Virus record (IMG/VR): IMGVR_UViG_3300033816_000368
Location: 1-34,417 of that record
DNA: 34,417 nt
DNA from: a virus
Taxonomy: Duplodnaviria > Caudoviricetes
Direction: 5' to 3' (one strand)
The stretch's first letter is position 1. Every line of letters begins with the position of its first letter. A model generated the notes under the pieces. That model was not told the origin of the DNA. It saw only the letters and a program-made list of their open reading frames with translations, and searched no databases. Position numbers and translations under genes: made by a program. Positions 27,158 to 34,417 of the stretch are shown piece by piece.

Positions 27158-27318
27158 TCAGTGGGATACTGATACTTTGGAGTTCTGATCACCGCTTCCA
27201 TTACCTGGATGGTGTCGGCTCGGAAGGGTTGCGCTCGTTGCACCATTTCTGGAGACGGCGGCTTTGGACGTTGAAGGAGTTGCTCGTAGTTAGAAGTCCG
27301 GGTTTGGTTGGAATTCAT
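27154..27318 (-). CDS. Small hypothetical protein (RPKPPSPEMVQRA)
   Basis: Distal part of ORF 27154-27471. The ATG at 27318 overlaps the helicase end, and the ORF fills the gap. Confidence 0.5.
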   Translation of the reverse strand: MNSNQTRTSNYEQLLQRPKPPSPEMVQRAQPFRADTIQVMEAVIRTPKYQYPTE

Positions 27319-28876
27319 CTTCAAGTTTGTGTTCAGTAAAACGACAGGTGTCAAGGTCGTAAGTAAGCTCACAACAAGGCCCAACTTCACCGGAGTACCG
27401 ATTTTTGAGGACTCGTATAGTTGTGTTGGAGTCAGCTTGTTGATCGCGTTCCAAGGCAATAACGGCATCACTTAGCTGCGATATAGACGCAGATCCCCTC
27501 AGCTGTCCCAATGTGACGCGAGCCCCTTCCTCGTGATTCTTGTCATTGGTTGTCCGACGCAAGTGAGATACAAGGAACATCGCAATGCCAGTCCGTTCAA
27601 CAAGTGAACGCAATCTGGTCATCGTCACATCCAGCATCCGCCTTTCATCACCGTCTAGCCCACTCAGTAGGATGCTGAGGTGGTCAAGGATGACAACTTT
27701 GACATCCAAGCCTTGAGCCAGATACTCGATACGGTTGTAGATAACATCAGGATCAAAAGACCCAAACCCATCAAAGAGGTAAAGGCTCCAGTCTTTGATT
27801 GTTTTGTCATACGCTTGAATTAGCGTTTCACGTTCGTGTTCACCAATGTGGAAGGCCTTTCCTTCGGCAACAGACATCAATCCCAAGGCGGTTCTACGGT
27901 TACTCTCCTCAAGCGCCAAGTAGCCAACCCGTTCTCCGCTGTTGAGAAGGTGAGTTGCGAGTTCACGACAGAAGCTGGATTTACCAATACCAGAGCCTGC
28001 AGTAACTGTGACAAGCTCTCCATATCTGATCCCGTGTAGTTTCGTTTGCAGACCGCTGTAGGGGTACTCATGAGCACAAGGTGGATTTGGAGTGGTGATT
28101 ACTTCAAGGAGGTTCTTCGCATCGACAATGCCATCTGGGCGGAATGGAATCGCATTCCAGATCGCTTCTCTAATCTTTTGTGCCTCGCCTGCCTGTAATG
28201 CATCGGAAGCATCCTTCCAATCATTGAGGCGAGCGATCTTAACCTTGCCTGGTGGGAGAACGCTTGCTGCATCCTTCGCCGCTTGACGGCCAGGGTCGTC
28301 ATTGTCGAAGAACAACACAATCTCTTCGTAGCCCTGGAGCCACTCAAGCTGCCTTTGTATCGACCGCTTTGCCGAATGGGCACCATCCGATATTGAAACC
28401 ATCGGCCACCCCGGCATAGCTTCACAACACGAAAGCGCATCGAGTTCTCCTTCGGTGATAACCACTCTCTTTCCAGTGCTTGGGAAGAGATGCTGTCCAA
28501 AGAATGTGTGCTCAGGATTACTGCCCTCCCAACTGAATTGTTTGTCGGCGGTCTTAACCTTTGCACCAGTACATGTTCCTTCACGCGTGAAGTAATGGAA
28601 GTACAGCCGCTTGTCATCGCGCTGTACACGATACTTTCGGCAGACCTCTTCACTAATCTTTCGACGTGGAAGTGGTCCAGGGGCACCTTTAAGGGTGAAG
28701 GTCATGAATTCCTTTTGTCTTTGTACAACATCACCAGAAGCAGGTTCCCAATAGCCACAACCAAAGCAGTAGCCGTGACCGTCGTCGTAACGCCCCAGAT
28801 TGTTTCGTGATCCACAAGCAGGGCAGGGTTCATGAGCAGAGAACTCACTTTGTACAGCGTGGCTGGCTTGATGCAT
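27290..28876 (-). CDS. DNA primase/helicase (T7 gp4-like)
   Basis: Zinc finger CPACG...CFGC, TOPRIM ITEGELDA / FFDNDDPG / KDASD, Walker A AGSGIGKS, LDHLS, LRGS and LKNRYSG. Confidence 0.97.
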   Translation of the reverse strand: MHQASHAVQSEFSAHEPCPACGSRNNLGRYDDGHGYCFGCGYWEPASGDVVQRQKEFMTFTLKGAPGPLPRRKISEEVCRKYRVQRDDKRLYFHYFTREGTCTGAKVKTADKQFSWEGSNPEHTFFGQHLFPSTGKRVVITEGELDALSCCEAMPGWPMVSISDGAHSAKRSIQRQLEWLQGYEEIVLFFDNDDPGRQAAKDAASVLPPGKVKIARLNDWKDASDALQAGEAQKIREAIWNAIPFRPDGIVDAKNLLEVITTPNPPCAHEYPYSGLQTKLHGIRYGELVTVTAGSGIGKSSFCRELATHLLNSGERVGYLALEESNRRTALGLMSVAEGKAFHIGEHERETLIQAYDKTIKDWSLYLFDGFGSFDPDVIYNRIEYLAQGLDVKVVILDHLSILLSGLDGDERRMLDVTMTRLRSLVERTGIAMFLVSHLRRTTNDKNHEEGARVTLGQLRGSASISQLSDAVIALERDQQADSNTTIRVLKNRYSGEVGPCCELTYDLDTCRFTEHKLEDEFQPNPDF

Positions 28877-29012
28877 GGAATCGTTGGATCAATTCTTCGT
28901 ACTCATCAAGGGCATCCTCAAATCCTTCGACGATGTCATTGGGAGACGAGTGCTTATCAAGGGCCATGATCAGGTTGGCCGCAAGATCTTTAATTACTTT
29001 TAGGTCAACCAT
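28845..29012 (-). CDS. 55-aa hypothetical protein (MVDLKVIKDLAANLIMALD...)
   Basis: Translated by hand. Overlaps the endonuclease stop and the primase start; acidic and helical. Confidence 0.65.
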   Translation of the reverse strand: MVDLKVIKDLAANLIMALDKHSSPNDIVEGFEDALDEYEELIQRFHASSQPRCTK

Positions 29013-29353
29013 TCAATAGGGATGGAGTGGTAAGCACACCACAGGAAGCCGTGTTTCTCGGCCCACTTGGCGTAGGTTGTCTTTGATCCTTTGTAGATCT
29101 TGTTGTAGGGGGATTGAAAGACGAAACGAATGTCCAACTCAGGGTTGGCTTCCTTCACTGCTTTCATCTTGCGGCGGTCCTCCTCGGTGAGGTGACCCTT
29201 CGTCTCAAGAAAGACAGAATTTGGCAGCAAGAAGTCCGGCGTGTAATTACACCGAAGCACGTATGGAACTTTGGTTGACTCGTATTCGTACTTAACCCCC
29301 AGGTTGGTGAGAAGATCAGCAACCTTCTCTTCCAACCCAGAGCGGAATGCCAT
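29000..29353 (-). CDS. Endonuclease I / Holliday junction resolvase (T7 gp3-like)
   Basis: FRSGLEEKVA...YTPDFLLPN...ETKG...DRRK...DIRFVF...TTYAKW motifs. Confidence 0.97.
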   Translation of the reverse strand: MAFRSGLEEKVADLLTNLGVKYEYESTKVPYVLRCNYTPDFLLPNSVFLETKGHLTEEDRRKMKAVKEANPELDIRFVFQSPYNKIYKGSKTTYAKWAEKHGFLWCAYHSIPIEWLT

Positions 29354-29360
29354 GACTCAA

Positions 29361-29915
29361 TCAGAAATCGTCGTTAGTGTCTTCATCGGGAGGATTCATA
29401 GACACACGTGGTGTACCAAGCTTGAAGCCTTCAGTTTTGTCAAAATCCAGACCACCACTGTCCACCCCAGCACCACCGCTACAGCTAATAACCTGAACCT
29501 TCAGGAGCTTGCAGGTCGTGTTTACTTCCTTGCGGGTATTGTCCGGGTAAGGATAGTGATCAAATTTGATCTTCACAGCACTGCCACTGTAAAGGGGAAT
29601 CTCTTCAGTGATTACAGTGCCTTCACTATCCACAAACACAGGTGCTTGGTCGGGCTTCCAAGTGAAGTTGATGACATACTTTCCATCATCAACATCAGAC
29701 CATTTCGTGTTACGTGCAGCAACCCAACGCTTTGGATCAGGTTGCTTTTGGATCTTGCTTGTGATCATGTCATCACGCTCTGCTTCCAGAGTGTCTACAG
29801 TATCTTGATCAACAATCACTTTGATCCCACAAGTGCCAAACTTACCTGCCTTGAAGGGAGACTGAAAGCCCTCAAGAGTGAAAGTCTTGTCCTTGATTAC
29901 GTGAGTGGTGCCCAT
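29361..29915 (-). CDS. Single-stranded DNA-binding protein (T7 gp2.5-like)
   Basis: Syntenic position, LYSGS.VK and VQV motifs, and an acidic tail ending in Phe (DEDTNDDF). Confidence 0.85.
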   Translation of the reverse strand: MGTTHVIKDKTFTLEGFQSPFKAGKFGTCGIKVIVDQDTVDTLEAERDDMITSKIQKQPDPKRWVAARNTKWSDVDDGKYVINFTWKPDQAPVFVDSEGTVITEEIPLYSGSAVKIKFDHYPYPDNTRKEVNTTCKLLKVQVISCSGGAGVDSGGLDFDKTEGFKLGTPRVSMNPPDEDTNDDF

Positions 29916-29921
29916 GTTTGA

Positions 29922-32255
29922 TTAACAAAAAAAGTAAGTGGATTCAAGTACAGAGTCGAGATCGAGATCCCCGATGATTGGTGGGTCTGTCTCTGCTCCA
30001 ATTGCGTCAGCAAACTCCTGAAGGAAGTTGCCGTTGGCAAAGATTTCGTAGTAGGTCTCCCTGACTACACGGTTCAACTCAGACATATCTGTGGCACGGC
30101 ACAGAACTGAGTCGTGGATGACGGTGAAGGGTGCAGTGAACTTCAGGAATGCCATGTGCAAAAGGCTGGCATCCAGGGAGTGGATCAGGTTTGGTGCAGT
30201 GCTGGACTTGTGTCCGTTGACATCTGGACCTTCAAAGCCGGTCGTGAGGTTGACTTCACAGCGGCCAAGTACCTGAAGATTGACTGTTTTAATCTTCCGC
30301 TTTCTCCGGTTTTGTTTTACAACGAAACCAGATGGTGTCTGCCACTGCAGGTGATCAGCGCCCCGCTTGAACGCAGCTCCAACTTCCTGCTTGATCCAAT
30401 CCATGACCCGCATTGGGCCAGGAAAAATTTCAAACATGGCATCCCTTACAGCATTGACAATCAAGGTCAACTCTTCAGGAGTAAACTCAGCACCTTTTTC
30501 CTTCAATGCATCACGGATGTACTGACGGTTTGAGTGCCTGGTTGAGTTATAAGGTATTGTGAGGCAAGTCCTCTTTGTAACCTTTCGATCTAAGAGAACT
30601 GCCAAGTGATCCGGTAAGCGAGTCCTAGCACTATCCGCAACCGCCTTATAGGCATCCTGCGGCTTCTCACCATTCAATACATTTACGTATCGTGCCGTTG
30701 ATTGATCTCTTGCGAGCCCAGCGAGGATCTGAAGTCCACTACACGTAGCATCTACAGCCACAGGCAAAGATGTCCAACTACGTGAACACTCAATGACACA
30801 GGCGTTGTATTCCTCACAAGCTACAAGGAACTGCCAGGGCTCATCGGCTCCTTCCCAATCACTCAGTTGCCCAAGTGGATCCGAAGCGACACGAGAAATC
30901 AAGGAGAGGTTGTCCTTGACCCAAATCTGGCGATCCTCCATGGTGGCCTTGTCAAGACCATATGTTGTAGCGACTTGAAAGGCCAACCACTGCTCAGCCT
31001 CTGGTGTCATGAAGCTGGGCTCTGCGAACTTCAGAAGGGATTTCCCGAAGTCCGTATCCTGCGGTGTGAGAAAGGCTGGGATTGGATAAGTCCGTCCTCG
31101 GTAGTCAAATGACCACGGCAGATAGAACCTGCCCCGCCCTTTAAACAGCTTCACCGTATCCATGGTCATCCGAGTTCGACACGACCGTTTGAAGGACGCA
31201 GCGTTCTCGTTCATGGCCTCAGCAGCAGCTCGCCGGTAAGCTTGCCGTGCTTCCTCGTTGTCCGCGATATCCCATGGCTTATTCGGCAACGGGAGTTCGA
31301 CAATCGGCAAGAACTTGCCCAGCCTGTAGCCCCGTTCCATCAACACCTCCGCCGTTTCCACGACTACAGGGTTGAGGGTGTAGGCCACCTTCTGGAGCTT
31401 GTTCAGAAACAGGAGAGGAGTGTTCCCCTGTATTAGTCCGTCATCACCGCGACGCACCATTTCATGGCCCTTCATGACCTCATTCATGAGGTATCCACCA
31501 GGGCTGATCGGTGACCAATCCCGAGGAGGGATCAGCATCGGCCAGGCCATCGGAGCAAACAGCAGGGCCTCCCGCATCAGCTCATCGCGCAGCTCGGCAA
31601 AGCGCTGGCTGGGGATGATCAGCGTGGGTGTGCCGTTGAACCGCTTCACGGTGACCCGTTCAAACCAGCCAGTGGCCTGCATGACACAGTCCAACAGCCA
31701 GGCCCCGAGCTTTGCCCGCACCACGGACCCCCAGGTTTGCCACGTGTAATCGTGACGATTCATTAAGGTTCGGGCAATCGTCACTTTCTGCCGCGATCCG
31801 CAACTGCTGTGCCAGTACTTGCGCCGGATGCGGTCCAACAGCTCTGGATCCTGGGATTGATACCAGCGCAGCTGTGCCTCCTGCTCCAGGGCCGCACCAA
31901 TGGAGGTGATCACCGAGGCGATCTCATTGACCTTGTCCCGAGGGCTGAAGACTTTGTCAAAGGCGATCTTGAGGGCGATGGCGGCTGCTGCCTCTGGCTC
32001 GATCTCCTCCAAGTATTGGTGGATCGTGGCGAAGTCCCTGCCGTTCTTTCCCTTGTGGATCCTGAGCAGTGTGTCCTCGATAACCCTTGCCACCTCTGGC
32101 AATGCTGCCTTAATACTTGGAGTTCCATACACTGATGCTGACGCATAAGAACGTGCTTCAAGTTTCTCAGTGTTTTTAATCAGCCGTTCGTGGCCGCATG
32201 AAATGGCCTGCAGTTCAAAAGCCATCTGCTCTTCAATTAGAGCTGGCGTTGTCAT
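29922..32255 (-). CDS. Single-subunit phage RNA polymerase (T7 gp1-like)
   Basis: PMLIPPRDW, FDYRGRTY, DATCSGLQ, RKVTKR...IPY, PNLIHSLDAS and IHDS motifs. Confidence 0.97.
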   Translation of the reverse strand: MTTPALIEEQMAFELQAISCGHERLIKNTEKLEARSYASASVYGTPSIKAALPEVARVIEDTLLRIHKGKNGRDFATIHQYLEEIEPEAAAAIALKIAFDKVFSPRDKVNEIASVITSIGAALEQEAQLRWYQSQDPELLDRIRRKYWHSSCGSRQKVTIARTLMNRHDYTWQTWGSVVRAKLGAWLLDCVMQATGWFERVTVKRFNGTPTLIIPSQRFAELRDELMREALLFAPMAWPMLIPPRDWSPISPGGYLMNEVMKGHEMVRRGDDGLIQGNTPLLFLNKLQKVAYTLNPVVVETAEVLMERGYRLGKFLPIVELPLPNKPWDIADNEEARQAYRRAAAEAMNENAASFKRSCRTRMTMDTVKLFKGRGRFYLPWSFDYRGRTYPIPAFLTPQDTDFGKSLLKFAEPSFMTPEAEQWLAFQVATTYGLDKATMEDRQIWVKDNLSLISRVASDPLGQLSDWEGADEPWQFLVACEEYNACVIECSRSWTSLPVAVDATCSGLQILAGLARDQSTARYVNVLNGEKPQDAYKAVADSARTRLPDHLAVLLDRKVTKRTCLTIPYNSTRHSNRQYIRDALKEKGAEFTPEELTLIVNAVRDAMFEIFPGPMRVMDWIKQEVGAAFKRGADHLQWQTPSGFVVKQNRRKRKIKTVNLQVLGRCEVNLTTGFEGPDVNGHKSSTAPNLIHSLDASLLHMAFLKFTAPFTVIHDSVLCRATDMSELNRVVRETYYEIFANGNFLQEFADAIGAETDPPIIGDLDLDSVLESTYFFC

Positions 32256-32286
32256 AGATTTTAAGTTGGTAAGTACTACAACGAGA

Positions 32287-32333
32287 ACTAGAACAACCTG
32301 CTACTAGAACAAGTCACGAGTCGTTGGTCTAGT
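32287..32333. repeat. Direct and inverted 10-bp repeats ACTAGA(A/C)CAA, putative protein-binding sites
   Basis: ACTAGAACAA at 32287-32296 and 32303-32312, and inverted TTGGTCTAGT at 32324-32333. Confidence 0.6.
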
Positions 32334-32348
32334 GGAACCCAGATAGGC

Positions 32349-32373
32349 AAAGAAAAACCGGGGTTTCCCCCGG
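32349..32373 (-). terminator. Intrinsic terminator downstream of integrase/attP
   Basis: Minus strand reads CCGGGG-GAAA-CCCCGG-TTTTTCTTT. Confidence 0.85.
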
Positions 32374-32408
32374 CTCGGTTGATTCAGTGGAACGATTTCC
32401 TATGTGGA

Positions 32409-32447
32409 ACCTGAAACTAGCGCGTCTACCAATTCCGCCACATCCGC
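32409..32447 (-). other. attP core: 5' half of a tRNA-Leu(CAG)
   Basis: Minus strand GCGGATGTGGCGGAATTGGTAGACGCGCTAGTTTCAGGT gives the acceptor 5' strand, D arm and anticodon loop (CAG), then similarity stops. It lies about 100 nt downstream of the integrase. Confidence 0.85.
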
Positions 32448-32549
32448 AAGTGGTGGCCTGGGTTTTGGCCTGGTTGTCTAGGAGCGCGGGTCAGAAACTG
32501 AACCGTTTCTCCATGGATGGGAGCGTAGCACCCGACCCAGTAGACGCTG

Positions 32550-33590
32550 CTAGACGGGCTGGGAAGCCTGCAACAGAGCCATTTGACGGGCCTGCTCAAA
32601 GGCCTGGAATTCCAGGAACTTTGCCCAGACCTGTGGGTCAGGCATGACCATAGCAGGTGCCACTACCGGCTCAACTTTGGGCGTCGTAACGCGGGGTTGG
32701 TCGGACAGACCCCTCATCGCCTCGACCTTGGCGCGGGGGCTGACCTTGAGATACACCATCGTGCTGTCGATGTGTTTGTGACCCATCAAGGCTTGAATCG
32801 TGGCAATGGGCACACCCTTATCGTTGAGCCACGTAGCAAAGCTATGGCGCAGTGTGTGATAGACATAGTGGTTGTCAATCTTGAGATGGTCCAACACTTT
32901 GTTGTAGGCACGGCGGAGCTGTTCGGCTCGCGTGAACTCAGGGAACAACCGACCCGAGTTCTCCCGGCAACGGCGTTCAATGATGTCAAAGATACGATCC
33001 TCAATGGGAATCGCTCGCCAGTTGCGGGCCTTGGTGACATGGCCATCAGGGCGGCCACCAAAGTGGATTAACCGCTGGCCCAGATCGACATCCTTAGCCG
33101 TGAGCTTGAGGATCTCCGTCTGACGGCCACCTGTGTAGGCAGCCACTAGGATGTTGTCAGCTAAGTCCCTGCGCCGGAACGGATCCAACGCGGTGTAGTA
33201 GAGCTGTTCAACCTCATCTTTGGAGAACCAATGGATGCGGCGATCATCGACCTTGCGCTTGATGTACTTGTGGTACGGCAAGGCTTTGATCTTCTTCTTT
33301 TCCCAGCAGTGGGTAAGAACTGTGCCCAAATACGTGGGGATCTTGTTGGTGGTCCGTGGTGACCACCCCCTCTCATCCTCTAACTCATACATCAACTCAG
33401 AGACATGCTCTTCGTCGAGGTGCTTGATCGCAAAGCCAGGGCCACGAGCGTTGAGGATGTGCTGAATCACATAGTGAACGGCACAGTTGGACATGTCGTG
33501 CTTGGACATGCGGAGCCGCTCTTGGATCCATGCTTCTCTCGTGCGGTACGTGTAGTCAATACACTGACCGAGTTTAGTCAGAGTCTCCAT
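32550..33590 (-). CDS. int: Tyrosine recombinase / phage integrase
   Basis: Catalytic residues intact: YTGGR, TKA, HTLRH, MGH and TMVY. Confidence 0.95.
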   Translation of the reverse strand: METLTKLGQCIDYTYRTREAWIQERLRMSKHDMSNCAVHYVIQHILNARGPGFAIKHLDEEHVSELMYELEDERGWSPRTTNKIPTYLGTVLTHCWEKKKIKALPYHKYIKRKVDDRRIHWFSKDEVEQLYYTALDPFRRRDLADNILVAAYTGGRQTEILKLTAKDVDLGQRLIHFGGRPDGHVTKARNWRAIPIEDRIFDIIERRCRENSGRLFPEFTRAEQLRRAYNKVLDHLKIDNHYVYHTLRHSFATWLNDKGVPIATIQALMGHKHIDSTMVYLKVSPRAKVEAMRGLSDQPRVTTPKVEPVVAPAMVMPDPQVWAKFLEFQAFEQARQMALLQASQPV

Positions 33591-33939
33591 AGATTTGATC
33601 CTTGATTTGGTAAAGAAGTGCAGTACCTTTGGGTGTCAACCGGCAGATACGTGTACGCCAATTCAGGGGATTAGCCTCCTTGGTGATAAGACCAAGACCA
33701 ACACGGGTCTTAATCCGGTGATGGCTCGACAACCAGTCAGTGTTTCGACTCACACTGCTCTTGGCTAAACCGGTGGCCTTGCCGATTTGCAAGGTGTCCA
33801 CCGGTTCATACGCTGCAATGTAAAGAAATGTGGAGACCAGCTGAGCCGGCATTTCCCGATCCAGAATCCGCAGCAATTCGATAGCTTCGTAAATGCGTTT
33901 GGCTTTTGGGTCAACAAGTAATGCCGGCGTGGAATCCAT
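33574..33939 (-). CDS. MarR-like winged-helix transcriptional regulator
   Basis: LDREMPAQLVSTFLYIA...GLAKSSVSRNTDWL...GLGLITKE...R...LTPKG. Typical position upstream of int in cyanopodoviruses. Confidence 0.85.
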   Translation of the reverse strand: MDSTPALLVDPKAKRIYEAIELLRILDREMPAQLVSTFLYIAAYEPVDTLQIGKATGLAKSSVSRNTDWLSSHHRIKTRVGLGLITKEANPLNWRTRICRLTPKGTALLYQIKDQIYGDSD

Positions 33940-33949
33940 GACTACGTGG

Positions 33950-34078
33950 CTAGAACCAATCACATACTAGCTCGACCTTTCCCAGAATTACATGAGTGGA
34001 ACCCTTGGTGCGGCAGAATCGCAGTAGATTTACTTCAGACCAACGGACATGTAAACCAGGGAGATACAGGATTGTCAT
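33950..34078 (-). CDS. 42-aa early hypothetical protein
   Basis: Translated by hand (MTILYLPGLHVRW...ELVCDWF); tightly packed with neighbours. Confidence 0.5.
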   Translation of the reverse strand: MTILYLPGLHVRWSEVNLLRFCRTKGSTHVILGKVELVCDWF

Positions 34079-34081
34079 CGC

Positions 34082-34243
34082 CTACCAACAGGACGAAGTA
34101 GTGTAGTACAGACGTACCAGTTCCTCAGGGGTTGGCTCAAGGGAATCCCGCTCGTATGCAAAACACGCAAGCCCATCAGGAAAGACCGTCATGGATTCAC
34201 CCTCCAGCAGTTCAGAAAATTCATCCGTCGTAAGAAAATTCAT
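34082..34243 (-). CDS. 53-aa early hypothetical protein
   Basis: Translated by hand (MNFLTTDEFSELLEGE...YYTTSSCW); tightly packed with neighbours. Confidence 0.55.
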   Translation of the reverse strand: MNFLTTDEFSELLEGESMTVFPDGLACFAYERDSLEPTPEELVRLYYTTSSCW

Positions 34244-34249
34244 GGATCA

Positions 34250-34417
34250 TCAAGGCAGGTAGTTAAGAGTTCCGATGATGTCTTGAGTCAGAATGGTCAC
34301 CTCCTCCTCAGTATCCGCAAGCTTTAACAAGCGATTGCGGGCTTTGGAGTGATACTTGTAGGCGTACTCGCGGAGCTTCTGTGTCGTTGGGTTGTACGAG
34401 CGAATGACACACACATA
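34250..34417 (-). CDS. Early hypothetical protein, 5' end outside the window
   Basis: Open frame YVCVIRSYNPTTQKLREYAYK...NYLP* running in from the window edge. Confidence 0.65.
   Translation of the reverse strand, partial: YVCVIRSYNPTTQKLREYAYKYHSKARNRLLKLADTEEEVTILTQDIIGTLNYLP

Noticed and set aside
29271-29921. 216-aa plus-strand ORF and other plus-strand ORFs in the window
   Set aside because: They are antisense to well-supported genes in a strictly unidirectional genome and show no recognisable motifs.
32275-32340. Mini CRISPR array
   Set aside because: The repeats are only 10 bp with about 6-bp spacing, one copy is inverted, and there are no cas genes.
32380-32447. Complete tRNA-Leu gene
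   Set aside because: It lacks the 3' anticodon stem, variable arm, T arm and 3' acceptor strand, so it is interpreted as attP.

Overview
A 34.4-kb internal segment of a T7-like cyanopodovirus (Autographiviridae; likely Synechococcus/Cyanobium host, inferred from gene content). All genes lie on the minus strand in canonical T7 order, reading from the right end: small early ORFs, MarR-like regulator, tyrosine integrase with a tRNA-Leu attP core, RNA polymerase, SSB, endonuclease I, primase/helicase, DNA polymerase (split over two overlapping frames), a PD-(D/E)XK endonuclease, exonuclease, nblA, DUF3310, MazG-like, class I RNR alpha/beta, portal, scaffold, an accessory island (RlpA-like, fibre-like protein), major capsid, tail tubes A/B, internal virion proteins and tail fibres. 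The standout is a 231-nt ORF-less self-splicing group I intron (14285-14515) interrupting the major capsid gene. It shows clear P/Q/R/S elements and stems P1-P9, and its removal restores ...YATYL|KLFSGE.... Also notable: a free-standing I-Ssp6803I-like endonuclease, a split DNA polymerase, a circularly permuted M23-like domain on the gp15-like ejection protein, and a GC-mosaic fibre gene.
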